A program made the translations under genes and the position numbers. A stretch of 64,000 nucleotides of DNA from Planctomycetota bacterium (lineage in GTDB: Bacteria > Planctomycetota > UBA1135 > UBA2386). The stretch spans positions 608,001-672,000 of the forward strand of contig JBKAGP010000001.1 of NCBI GenBank assembly GCA_046290465.1, read 5' to 3'. The notes below the pieces were generated by a model. It did not search any database, was not told the DNA's origin, and saw nothing but the letters and a program-made list of their open reading frames with translations. This document shows, piece by piece, positions 1 to 8,735 of this stretch; the stretch's first letter is position 1, and the number at the start of each line of letters is the position of its first letter.

Positions 1-434
1 AGCGCGTAGCTGTTGGCGAAGTAGGCCTGGCCGGTGCGCACGCTGCCGTTGCCGGCGCCGGCGCGCACCGTGTTCCAGCCCATCTGCGGGCAGCGCATGC
101 CTTTGGGGAAGCGCTGCAGGCGACCGGCCAGGGCGCCGAGGCCGGGGACGTCGGGCGCCTCGTCGCTGCCGTCACAGCACAGCTGCATGCCGAGGCAGAT
201 GCCGAGCGTCGGGCGGCCGGCGGCGAGCCGCGCGCGCAGCGGCTCGCGCAGGCAGCCCTCGCGTAGCCGCTCGGCGGCGGCGGCGAAGTGGCCGACACCG
301 GGCACGACCAGCAGGTCGGCGTCGACGACGTCGGCGGCGCTCGCCGCGACCAGCTCGCGGCCGAGCCGCCGGAACGCGGCGCGCACCGAGGCGTCGTTGG
401 CGACGCCGGTCGCGATGTAGGGAACGGTACTCAC
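1..434 (-). CDS. hisH: imidazole glycerol phosphate synthase glutaminase subunit (3' part outside window)
   Basis: Manual translation from GTG 434: MSTVPYIATGVANDASVRAAFRRLG...LVVPGVGHF...LGICLGMQL...PQMGWN; class I GATase motifs; follows hisB. Confidence 0.93.
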   Translation of the reverse strand, partial: MSTVPYIATGVANDASVRAAFRRLGRELVAASAADVVDADLLVVPGVGHFAAAAERLREGCLREPLRARLAAGRPTLGICLGMQLCCDGSDEAPDVPGLGALAGRLQRFPKGMRCPQMGWNTVRAGAGNGSVRTGQAYFANSYA

Positions 435-466
435 AGCGTCTCCTTGCGGCTCACAGCGTCTCCTTG
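430..466. repeat. 17-bp direct repeat at 20-bp period covering the hisB stop, RBS and hisH start
   Basis: ctcacagcgtctccttg at 430-446 and 450-466. Confidence 0.95.
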
Positions 467-1035
467 GTGCTCGGCAGGCGGTCCCCGCGGACCTCGACCG
501 CCGTGCGCAGCGCCACCGCCAGCGCCTTGAAGGCGGCCTCGCTGCGGTGGTGGTCGTTGTCGCCGCGCAGCACGTCGACGTGCAGGCACAGGCGCGCGTT
601 GCTCGCGAACGTCGCCAGCGCGTGGCCGACGTTCTCCATCGCCATGCCGCCGATCACCGGTCGTCGCCACGGCAGCTCGACCTGGGCGAACGGGCGGCCG
701 GACAGGTCGACGACCGCGCGCACCAGCGCCTCGTCGAGGGGCGCGTAGGCGTGGCCGAAGCGGGCGATGCCGCGACGGTCGCCGAGCGCGTCGTCGACGC
801 ACTGTCCGAGCACGATCGCGACGTCCTCGACCGTGTGGTGGTCGTCGACGTCTCGGTCGCCCTCGCAGCGGATCGTCAGGTCGATGCCACTGTGCCGGCC
901 GAGCGCGGCCAGCAGGTGGTCGTAGAACGGCACCCCGGTGCGCACGTCGATGCTGCCGGTGCCGTCGATCGCGACGGCTACCTGCACCGAGGTCTCGGCG
1001 GTCCGGCGAGAACGTTCGGCGATGCGCGCGCTCAC
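451..1035 (-). CDS. hisB: imidazoleglycerol-phosphate dehydratase
   Basis: RRTAETSV, DDHHTVEDV and NDHHRSEAAFKA motifs; GTG overlaps the hisC stop (GTGA). Confidence 0.96.
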   Translation of the reverse strand: MSARIAERSRRTAETSVQVAVAIDGTGSIDVRTGVPFYDHLLAALGRHSGIDLTIRCEGDRDVDDHHTVEDVAIVLGQCVDDALGDRRGIARFGHAYAPLDEALVRAVVDLSGRPFAQVELPWRRPVIGGMAMENVGHALATFASNARLCLHVDVLRGDNDHHRSEAAFKALAVALRTAVEVRGDRLPSTKETL

Positions 1036-2084
1036 GGTCGACCTCCGGCGAGCAAGGCCTCGACCAGCCGCGTGAACGCGGCGTCGTCGCCGGGACAGGT
1101 GATGCGCACGGCGGTGGCCGACGGTCCGTCGGCCGGGAAGCTGCGCACGGCGATGCCGCGCCCGGCCAGCCGTCGTGCCAACGCCAGCGCCTGGTCGCGA
1201 GTCGCGGCGGTCGCGTAGACGAAGTTGGCCTGGCTCGGCAGCACCGTCAGGTCGAGCGAGGCCAGCGCCACTGCCAGCCGCTCGCGTTCGTCGCGGATCC
1301 GCGTGAGCCGCGGCTGTGGTCGGTCGGCGTCGAGCAACCGTTCGCACAGCAGCAGCGACGGCGTGCTGCACGGATACGGGCTGCCGGTGGCGCGCAGCGC
1401 AGCGACGGCGGGCTCGCTGCCGAGCGCGTAGCCGACCCGCAGGCCGGCCAGCGAACGTCCCTTCGAGAACGTGCGCACGACCAGCACGTTGGGCTCGCGC
1501 AATAGCGCGGGCGTCGGGTCCTCGTCGGCGTAGTCGACGTAGGCGAGGTCGACGACCAGCAGCGCGTCGCCGACACGCCGCGCGGTGCGCAGCAGGTCGT
1601 CGGTGGCGATCGCCAGGCCGGTCGGGTTGTTGGGTGTCGTCAGCGCCAGCACCGTCGCGCCAGCCGCGCGCCGCCACAGCTGCTCGAGGTCGAGCGCGCC
1701 GTCGGTCCACGGCATCTCGGTGAGCGTGGCACCGGCCGCCTGCACGTAGCGTGGCAGCATCGGGAAGCACGGCACCGGGGCGACCAGCGAACGGCCCGGG
1801 GCGAGCCACGCGCGGCAGATCCGGTCGAGCAGTTCGTCGGCGCCGGCACCGAGCACGACCTGGGTGCTGGCGATGCCGAAGCGGGCGGCCAGCCGTTCGC
1901 GCAGCGGACCGTCGTCGGGATAGCGACGCCACAGCTCGGCCGACGCCAGGCCCGTTGCCAGGTTGTCGACCAGCTCGGCCGCGAGTGCCGGGCCCTCGTT
2001 GCCGTCGAGCCACAGGTCGATGCCGGTCGGCGGCGCGGTGCGCGCGTACGGCGGCGGCAGCACGTTGGGGGTGGGCAGGCTCAT
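1032..2084 (-). CDS. hisC: histidinol-phosphate aminotransferase
   Basis: LDGNE, PNNPTG, VDLAY and RTFSKGRSLAGLRVGY (PLP lysine); ATGA overlap with hisG. Confidence 0.95.
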   Translation of the reverse strand: MSLPTPNVLPPPYARTAPPTGIDLWLDGNEGPALAAELVDNLATGLASAELWRRYPDDGPLRERLAARFGIASTQVVLGAGADELLDRICRAWLAPGRSLVAPVPCFPMLPRYVQAAGATLTEMPWTDGALDLEQLWRRAAGATVLALTTPNNPTGLAIATDDLLRTARRVGDALLVVDLAYVDYADEDPTPALLREPNVLVVRTFSKGRSLAGLRVGYALGSEPAVAALRATGSPYPCSTPSLLLCERLLDADRPQPRLTRIRDERERLAVALASLDLTVLPSQANFVYATAATRDQALALARRLAGRGIAVRSFPADGPSATAVRITCPGDDAAFTRLVEALLAGGRP

Positions 2085-2950
2085 GGCACCAGTTGGCTGA
2101 CGGGGGTCACGACGAGGTCCCGCGCGCCCTGGTCGCGCAGGCGTGGCAGCAGCGCCGGCAGCTCTTCGCGGCGCACCGCCGCGCGCACCGCGAAGCCGTC
2201 GCCGCCGTGCAGCGTCGACACCGTCGGCTGCTGCATCGCCGGCAGCACCTCGATGACCTGCTGCAGCCGGTCGGCCGGCACGTTGACGTCGAGCATCGCG
2301 CGGCTGCGGGCCGCGAGCACCGAACGCAGCAGCAGCACGAACGCGTCGATGACGTCGCGGCGCACCGGGTCGGCGTAGCTGCGCGGGTTGGCGAACAGGC
2401 GGGTGCTGCTGCGGCTCAGCTCGGCGATGATCTGCAGGCCGTTCTGCTGCAGCGTGGTGCCGGTCGCGGTGTTGTCGACGATCAGGTCGGCGTCGTCGGG
2501 CGGGAACGCCTCGGTCGCGCCGTGGCTCAGCACGATGCTGGCCTCGAGTCCTTCGCGCGCGATCCACTCGCGGGTCAGGCCGGCATACTCGGTGGCGATC
2601 CGCAGCGGCCGCTGCGGCAGCCGGCCGTCGACCAGCAGGGCGTCGGGGGCGGCGGCGACGATGCGCACCGGATCGAGTTCGAGGTCGAGCAGTTCGACCA
2701 GCTCGGCGCCGAGCTCGCCGACCCAGTCGGCGCCGGCGAAGCCGAGGTCGCGGCTGCCCTGGTCGAGCATCGTGACGACGTTCTGCGGTTTCAGCAGCTT
2801 GACGTCGAACGCGCAGTTGCGCAGGCGGGGGCGGTAGTCACGGCCGGTCTGCACCGCGGGCATGCCAGCGTCCGCCAGCAGCTGGAGGATGCCGGCGTTC
2901 ATGCGGCCCTTGGGCAGTCCGAGGCGGACCTGCGGGGAATCGATGGTCAT
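2081..2950 (-). CDS. hisG: ATP phosphoribosyltransferase, long form
   Basis: LPKGRM, IATEY, GATEAFP..ADLIVD.TATGTTL motifs; C-terminal regulatory domain (PTVSTL). Confidence 0.96.
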   Translation of the reverse strand: MTIDSPQVRLGLPKGRMNAGILQLLADAGMPAVQTGRDYRPRLRNCAFDVKLLKPQNVVTMLDQGSRDLGFAGADWVGELGAELVELLDLELDPVRIVAAAPDALLVDGRLPQRPLRIATEYAGLTREWIAREGLEASIVLSHGATEAFPPDDADLIVDNTATGTTLQQNGLQIIAELSRSSTRLFANPRSYADPVRRDVIDAFVLLLRSVLAARSRAMLDVNVPADRLQQVIEVLPAMQQPTVSTLHGGDGFAVRAAVRREELPALLPRLRDQGARDLVVTPVSQLVP

Positions 2951-3010
2951 GGTGTCGGTCGGGTTGCCGACACCGGCCGCGCCTCCGCCGTGCGGTCGAG
3001 GGGCCTGCCC

Positions 3011-3041
3011 AAAACCACAAGACGCCGGCGTGGCCGGCGTC
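3011..3041 (-). terminator. attenuator terminator hairpin of the his leader
   Basis: Minus strand GACGCCGGC-CAC-GCCGGCGTC followed by TTGTGGTTTT, between the leader peptide and hisG. Confidence 0.8.
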
Positions 3042-3075
3042 GCGAAGGGGTCTTGCGGGTGGGACGATCAGCTCG

Positions 3076-3156
3076 TCACGCGCATACCTTCACCACACCG
3101 GCCATCGGGTGATGGTGGTGATGATGATGGTGGTGCTGGTGACGGAAGGCGCTCAT
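3076..3156 (-). CDS. hisL: his operon leader peptide MSAFRHQHHHHHHHHHPMAGVVKVCA
   Basis: 26-aa ORF with 10 His codons (9 consecutive) directly upstream of the terminator and hisG. Confidence 0.9.
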   Translation of the reverse strand: MSAFRHQHHHHHHHHHPMAGVVKVCA

Positions 3157-3166
3157 CGCGGCTCGC

Positions 3167-3194
3167 AGGGTAGGTCCCGCCGCGCAGCTTGCAA
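3167..3194 (-). promoter_or_regulatory. putative sigma70 promoter of the his leader
   Basis: TTGCAA-N16-TACCCT, ending 10 nt before the leader ATG. Confidence 0.6.
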
Positions 3195-3217
3195 GCCCCG
3201 CGGCGCGGATTCTCGGC

Positions 3218-4729
3218 TCAGCGCTGGTAGATCTCGGCCTCGAGCGGGCCGCCACCGACGACCATCACGGTGCCGTCCGGCAGGCCGACGGCTTGCGGGA
3301 ACAGGCGTTCGGCCGCCATCGAGCCGGTCGGCGCGATCGCGTTCGGGCTCTGCGAGAACACGTCGGCGGTGTCGGTCGCGGTGGCGACGAAGCCGCCGTT
3401 CGGCACGTCGATCGCGAGCTGGAAGCCACCGGCGATCAGCGCGCCGCCGCCCGGCAGCGGCGCCAGCGCGGCGCCGGCGCGGCCGACCTGCATGCCGTTG
3501 ACGGTCTGGAACGAACCGAAGAAGCCCGGCGTGTCGACGACGCAGTCCTCGCGCGTGCCGATGATGATGTCGGCGATGTTGCCGGTCTGCAGGAACACCG
3601 ACAGGTCGACGTTGAGGCCGCCGCACAGCAGCACGCGGCCGTTGCCGAGCGCGACCGCCGAATGCAGCAGGCGGCCGCCGGTGAACAGGCTCGGCAGACC
3701 GAAACCGCCGGACGCCGGGTTGTAGAGATAGGCCGTCGACGAGACGGTCGGGATGTTGACGATCGGCAGCACCGACAGGCCGCCGGCGACCAGCGCCTGG
3801 CCGTTGCTCAGCGTCGTCTGCGTGTGCAGCGCGCGCGCCTCGAGCATCGTCGCGCCGGTGCTGAACGTGTTGGTGCTCGGGTCGAACAGCTCGGTGGTGT
3901 TGAGGATGCTGGTGAAGATCGCCAGCGGGTCGCTCAGGTCGAACGCTTCGAGGCCGCCGGTGATCAGCACCTGGCCGTTGCCGAGCTGCGACGCGCCGTG
4001 GCCGGCGCGCGCGGTGTTCATCGTCAGGTTGGTGGTGGTGCCGGTGGCCGGATCGTAGATCGCCGCCGCCGCGGTCGGCTGGCCGCCGCTGAGGTCGAGG
4101 CCGCCGGTGAACAGCACCCGGCCGTCGGCGAGCGGCGTCGTCTGCGACAGCAGGCCGACACCGAACGTGCCGCCGGCCAGCGACCACTGCTCGAGGCGCG
4201 ACGAGTAGCTCTGCGCGGCGGGGCCGCTGCCGCCGACGAACAGCACCTCGCCGTCGTCGGCCGGCACCGCGCCGCCACCGAGGATCGGCAGCGTCGGCGC
4301 GCCGAGCGCCGCCTTGAAGGTGCCGGGCGCCTGCGGAGTGACGCGCGTCAGGTTCGACACGCGGAACGGACCGGAGCCGGCGACGGCCTGGAACGAGAAC
4401 ACGCAGTCCTCGAGCCACGGGTCGTTCGGCATCGTGATCGTCGGCGTCGCCTGGCCGCTGCCGTCGGTGAGCCCGACGAAGCCGGGCGTGTTGTAGCTGA
4501 CCCACGCGAACTGGTCGGTGATGTCGAGCTGCACGCCGAGCTGCGGCAGGAACGTCGGGAACTCGATCAGGTCGAACAGCAGCGCGTAGGGCTCGTTCGC
4601 CTGGCCCTGCAGCGGGCATGCGAGCTGGCCGCCGAGGCCGCCGCCGACCTTGTCGAGGTCGAGGTTCTGGGCGAGGGCCGGCGCGGCCGCGGCGGCGAGG
4701 AGTACGGGTGCGAGGATCGTGATGCGCAT
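3218..4729 (-). CDS. exported Kelch/galactose-oxidase-type beta-propeller protein
   Basis: Signal peptide MRITILAPVLLAAAAAPALA-Q; repeats R..H....L.NG.VL..GG and YDPAT/FDPST. Confidence 0.85.
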   Translation of the reverse strand: MRITILAPVLLAAAAAPALAQNLDLDKVGGGLGGQLACPLQGQANEPYALLFDLIEFPTFLPQLGVQLDITDQFAWVSYNTPGFVGLTDGSGQATPTITMPNDPWLEDCVFSFQAVAGSGPFRVSNLTRVTPQAPGTFKAALGAPTLPILGGGAVPADDGEVLFVGGSGPAAQSYSSRLEQWSLAGGTFGVGLLSQTTPLADGRVLFTGGLDLSGGQPTAAAAIYDPATGTTTNLTMNTARAGHGASQLGNGQVLITGGLEAFDLSDPLAIFTSILNTTELFDPSTNTFSTGATMLEARALHTQTTLSNGQALVAGGLSVLPIVNIPTVSSTAYLYNPASGGFGLPSLFTGGRLLHSAVALGNGRVLLCGGLNVDLSVFLQTGNIADIIIGTREDCVVDTPGFFGSFQTVNGMQVGRAGAALAPLPGGGALIAGGFQLAIDVPNGGFVATATDTADVFSQSPNAIAPTGSMAAERLFPQAVGLPDGTVMVVGGGPLEAEIYQR

Positions 4730-4803
4730 GGGTGCGGCGAGGTGGGCAGTCGGCGCACAAGTATGTCGCCGAATCCCGCCCCGCGCGAGCCGTCCCGGGT
4801 GCG

Positions 4804-6246
4804 CTACGGAGTAACGGTCAGCACCGTCGCGTTGCTCAGGAACAGCCGGAAGCCGTCGCCGCAGATCGCCTGCGCGGCCAGCGTGCCGATGGCAGCGGGC
4901 GTGTTGGGCACCGCGAACGGCTGCGTGTAGAACTGCGCCGCGTCGCTGAGGCCGGCGCCGAGCGCGACCACCTGGGTGGCGTCGATCTCGACCTGCCCGA
5001 ACGGCGGCAGCGCCACCGGCCCGGCGAGGCCGATCGACAGGAACACGCCGACCAGCTGGCCCGGCTGGTTGGTCGTCGCGAAGAAGTTGGTCGGGTTGCC
5101 GATGGCGACCGTCGCCGGCGACACCTGCAGCTCCGGGCCGCGCATCAGCGTCGCGCCGCGCGGCCGCAGGTTGCCGTTGGCGGCGACGGTGTCGTTGTAG
5201 ATCTCGGTCGCCTCGCCGGCGTCGAGCGCATCGCCGTCGCCGTTGAGGTCGCGCAGCACGACCAGCCGGTCCGGCGTCTGGTCCTCGCACAGCAGCACCG
5301 AACCGTCGTCGCGGATCACGACGTCCCACCAGGTCGACCCGGCGGTCTGGTAGTCGACGCCCTGTTCGGTCGCGTCGATGACGCCGTCGCCGTTGGCGTC
5401 GCGCGCGGTCCAGATGGTCTCGTTGCTGCTGTGGTCGCTCAGGTAGAAGCGGCCGTCGCGCGCGATCGCCATGCCGTAGTGGAACGGGCTGCTGGCACCG
5501 ATCGTCGACGTGTCCCAGAACAGGCTGCGTTCGCCCGGGTCGTTGCAGTCGCCGTCGAAGTTGGCGTCGGCGAGCCGGTAGACCCCCTTGGTGATCACGC
5601 CGGTGGCGCCGGCCTCGGTGTAGTAGAGGTTGAGGTCGGGGCCGGCGGCCAGCTCGCTCGGGATCGAGTCGCCGGTCGCGACCGAGCCGGGCACGGTGTG
5701 GTAGTCGATCGCCTCGCCCGGATCGAGCGCGTCGCCGTCGCCGTTCTGGTCCTCGAGGCGCACGATCAGGTCGACGCCGGTCGAGCCCGAGTTGGCGATC
5801 GCCAGGAACACGCGGCCGAGCAGGTCGACGTGCAGCCCCTGGATCGACGCCATCGCGATGCCGGCCGGGTTGCTGTCGTCGAAGAACACGCGGTGCTCAC
5901 CCGGGTCGTGGGCGTCGCCGTCGCCGTTGGCGTCGCGCATCGCCATCACGATGTCCGACGTCGAGTCACCGACGTAGACGGTGCCGTCGGGAGCCGCCGC
6001 GATGCACGACGGGTTGCCGAGCACCAGCGAACCGACGTTCTCGTCGTAGAACGGCAGCACCTCGCCGGCGTCGTTGAAGTCGCCGTCCTGGTTCCAGTCG
6101 ATGCAGCGCCAGATGCCGTCGTAGCTGGAGTCGGTGACCAGCAGATCGAGCGAACGGGCGTACGGAACGGCCGACGGGACCTGCGCGATCGCGGCGGCGG
6201 AGAGCGCGGCCGCGGTCAGCGGCGCGAGGATCTTATTGCGATGCAT
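4804..6246 (-). CDS. exported repeat protein with six DxNxDG-type putative Ca-binding loops
   Basis: Signal peptide ending AAIA-Q; DWNQDGDFNDAGE, DANGDGDAHDPGE, DQNGDGDALDPGE, DANFDGDCNDPGE, DANGDGVIDATE, DLNGDGDALDAGE. Confidence 0.8.
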   Translation of the reverse strand: MHRNKILAPLTAAALSAAAIAQVPSAVPYARSLDLLVTDSSYDGIWRCIDWNQDGDFNDAGEVLPFYDENVGSLVLGNPSCIAAAPDGTVYVGDSTSDIVMAMRDANGDGDAHDPGEHRVFFDDSNPAGIAMASIQGLHVDLLGRVFLAIANSGSTGVDLIVRLEDQNGDGDALDPGEAIDYHTVPGSVATGDSIPSELAAGPDLNLYYTEAGATGVITKGVYRLADANFDGDCNDPGERSLFWDTSTIGASSPFHYGMAIARDGRFYLSDHSSNETIWTARDANGDGVIDATEQGVDYQTAGSTWWDVVIRDDGSVLLCEDQTPDRLVVLRDLNGDGDALDAGEATEIYNDTVAANGNLRPRGATLMRGPELQVSPATVAIGNPTNFFATTNQPGQLVGVFLSIGLAGPVALPPFGQVEIDATQVVALGAGLSDAAQFYTQPFAVPNTPAAIGTLAAQAICGDGFRLFLSNATVLTVTP

Positions 6247-6335
6247 TCTCAACAAGCCTAGGGCTCGCCCGAGGCACCGCAAGGGGCCGAACGGCCCGTT
6301 CGAGAATCCTCACGCGCCGACCGGCGCACCGAAAG

Positions 6336-8642
6336 TCAGTTCTGCACGGTCGCGGTGCCGGCGTTCGACGTGACGATGTTGAGCGCGTTGACGGTTGGAT
6401 CCCAGATCAGCCACTGGTGGTAGAGCGTCAGGCCGACCAGGTTGGCCGCGTTGGGCACGACGATCGGGTAGCTGGCCTCGCCGTTGCCGTCGGTGATCAC
6501 AAGGTCGAGCGCCTCGGCCGCGACCAGCAGGTCACAGCCCGGCGCGTTCGGCAGTTCGAACGGCAGCGCGACGCCGTTGTAGCTGGTGTTGTCGAGGCCC
6601 GACGCCAGCAGCGCGAACGTGTTGTCGAGCGCGTCGCGGACCTTCGGCTGGTAGCTGCTGCCGAGCTGCGGCTGGCCGTCGAAGCCGAGCGCCGGCACCT
6701 TGCCGGTGGTCTGCGGCGTGCACAGCACCCGCCAGGCGGGGTTCTGCACCAGGCCGGACGCGGTCCAGCTGGAGGGGCCGTTGACCAGGTCGCGATACCA
6801 GCCGCCGCCCGACGAACCGGACGTCAGCGTGCTGATGTAGGCGTTCTGCGCCGAGGTGTCGAGGCCGAGGTAGAACGTGCCGGTCACCTGCACCGGCTGG
6901 TTCAGCACCGCGGTGTAGAAGCCCTGCGTGCTGCCGACCGTGATCGTCGCGGTTGCCGCAGCGGTCGCCGACGGCGCGCCGTTGGCGTCGAGGTAGAGCG
7001 CCGCCGGGACCTGCACGGTGCCGCCGGTCGAGCCGGTCCAGATCTCGAAGCCGGTGACCGTCAGCGTGTCGTTCTGCGCGACGGTGTAGCAGTATTCGTT
7101 GTCGCGGAGCTGGTTGGCGAGCGTGCCACCGCCGCCGTTGAGCTCGGGGCACGGGCCGACCGGGACCGGCACCGAGCCTTCGCAGCCGGCGCCGTAGAGC
7201 GAGAACGCGTCGGTCGCCAGCACGATGTCGTGCACGACCGGCTGGTCGTAGCTGGTGACGTTGACCTGGATCGAGGTCGGCACGTGGCCGGGAGCCTCGT
7301 AGGTCACGGTCCAGTTGCCGAGCGGCAGCCACAGGCCGTAGCGGCCGTCGCGGGCGCGGCTGCGGGTCTGCTCGCCGAGCGCGAACGTGGCGGGCGTGAA
7401 CGAGATGGTCGCCTCGAGCGGCACGTTGTTGGACGACGACGTGACGTGGCCGCGCACCGCCGGCCGCCAGGTCGTCAGCGCGTGCTGCACGCCGGGCCAG
7501 ACGCGCGCCTCCTCGGCGACGGTCAGCGCGAAGTCCGGCTGGAACGCGGTGCCGATCTCGATCAGGTACGACAGCGTGCCGCCCGACGACCAGTGGTCCT
7601 CGGGGGCTTCGCCCGACGCCGACGGGTCGCGCTTGCCGAACGTCATCGGCGCGCGCAGGTCGTCGCAGTAGTGTTCGATCAGCGCTGCCGTCGAAGCACT
7701 CACGTTGGCGCACGGCGCATAGGTGCGCAGCACTTCCTGTCCCGAACTGTGGAAGTCGATGTAGACCTCGGGGCGCAGCGTCGCGATCGCGTTGCGCATC
7801 GTGACCGTCTCGGGCTCGCTGCCCGCCGACGGGCCGCGGTAGATGTTGGACGTCTCGGTCGCCGACGAGCCGCAGTTGCCCCACAAGAACGGGTAGTTGC
7901 GGTTGAGGTCGACGCCGTAGCTGCCGCCTGCGTTGGCGCGGCGGTTCTTGCGCCAGAACTCGTCGACGTTCCAGACGTGGTCGACGCCGTCGGGGTTGAC
8001 CATCGGCACGAAGTACAGTTCGTAGCCGTCGACGACCGCCTGGATCGCCGGGTCGGTCGCGTAGGCGGCGAGCACGCGCTGCATCGCGCCGATCACCATG
8101 TGCGGCGAGTTGAGCTCGCGCGCGTGGTGCTGCGCGATCACGAAGATGGCCGGCTCGTCCTCGTCGCTGGCGACGTTGTCGCTGATCTTCAGCGCGTAGA
8201 TCGAGTTGCCGTCGTGGGTCTGCATGCCGCCCGGCAAGGCGCTCAGGTCGACCTTCTGCGCCAGCGTCGGGTTGCCGGCGACCTCGGCGTCGATCGCCGC
8301 CTCGATCTCGGCGACCGTGTAGTAGGCGTCGGGCGGCACGTCGATGCCGGCGGCGGCGACCGCCTGGTCGAACGTCTGCTGGAACGACCGCACCTGCCGC
8401 ACGTAGGTGGCGTTCGGCAGCAGCGACTGCACCAGGCCCTTCTGCGCGGCCTCGACGACGAACTCGGCGCTGCCGTCCTGAGGCATCGTGCCACAGCAAC
8501 TGCCCAGCGCGTCGAAGTGCTGCTGGATCATCAGCCACTGACCCGGGGTCGGGTTGGCCAGGGTGTAGAGACTACGCGGCGCCTGGGCGGCCGTACAAAC
8601 GGCGAGCGCCAGCGCGGCTGCGGCGGAGAGAGCGAGGTTCAT
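6336..8642 (-). CDS. exported M14 zinc carboxypeptidase (carboxypeptidase T-like) with C-terminal beta domains
   Basis: HHARE, NPDG, WRKNR, GVDLNRNY, SEPET, IDFHS and EIG motifs; signal peptide. Confidence 0.92.
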   Translation of the reverse strand: MNLALSAAAALALAVCTAAQAPRSLYTLANPTPGQWLMIQQHFDALGSCCGTMPQDGSAEFVVEAAQKGLVQSLLPNATYVRQVRSFQQTFDQAVAAAGIDVPPDAYYTVAEIEAAIDAEVAGNPTLAQKVDLSALPGGMQTHDGNSIYALKISDNVASDEDEPAIFVIAQHHARELNSPHMVIGAMQRVLAAYATDPAIQAVVDGYELYFVPMVNPDGVDHVWNVDEFWRKNRRANAGGSYGVDLNRNYPFLWGNCGSSATETSNIYRGPSAGSEPETVTMRNAIATLRPEVYIDFHSSGQEVLRTYAPCANVSASTAALIEHYCDDLRAPMTFGKRDPSASGEAPEDHWSSGGTLSYLIEIGTAFQPDFALTVAEEARVWPGVQHALTTWRPAVRGHVTSSSNNVPLEATISFTPATFALGEQTRSRARDGRYGLWLPLGNWTVTYEAPGHVPTSIQVNVTSYDQPVVHDIVLATDAFSLYGAGCEGSVPVPVGPCPELNGGGGTLANQLRDNEYCYTVAQNDTLTVTGFEIWTGSTGGTVQVPAALYLDANGAPSATAAATATITVGSTQGFYTAVLNQPVQVTGTFYLGLDTSAQNAYISTLTSGSSGGGWYRDLVNGPSSWTASGLVQNPAWRVLCTPQTTGKVPALGFDGQPQLGSSYQPKVRDALDNTFALLASGLDNTSYNGVALPFELPNAPGCDLLVAAEALDLVITDGNGEASYPIVVPNAANLVGLTLYHQWLIWDPTVNALNIVTSNAGTATVQN

Positions 8643-8735
8643 GGCAGTCTGGAGGGCAGACAGGACATGATAGCTCGCGGCAGCCCGGCGGGGACAAGCG
8701 CCGGCATTCGTTTGCGCGCCGCGAAGACGCCGTTG

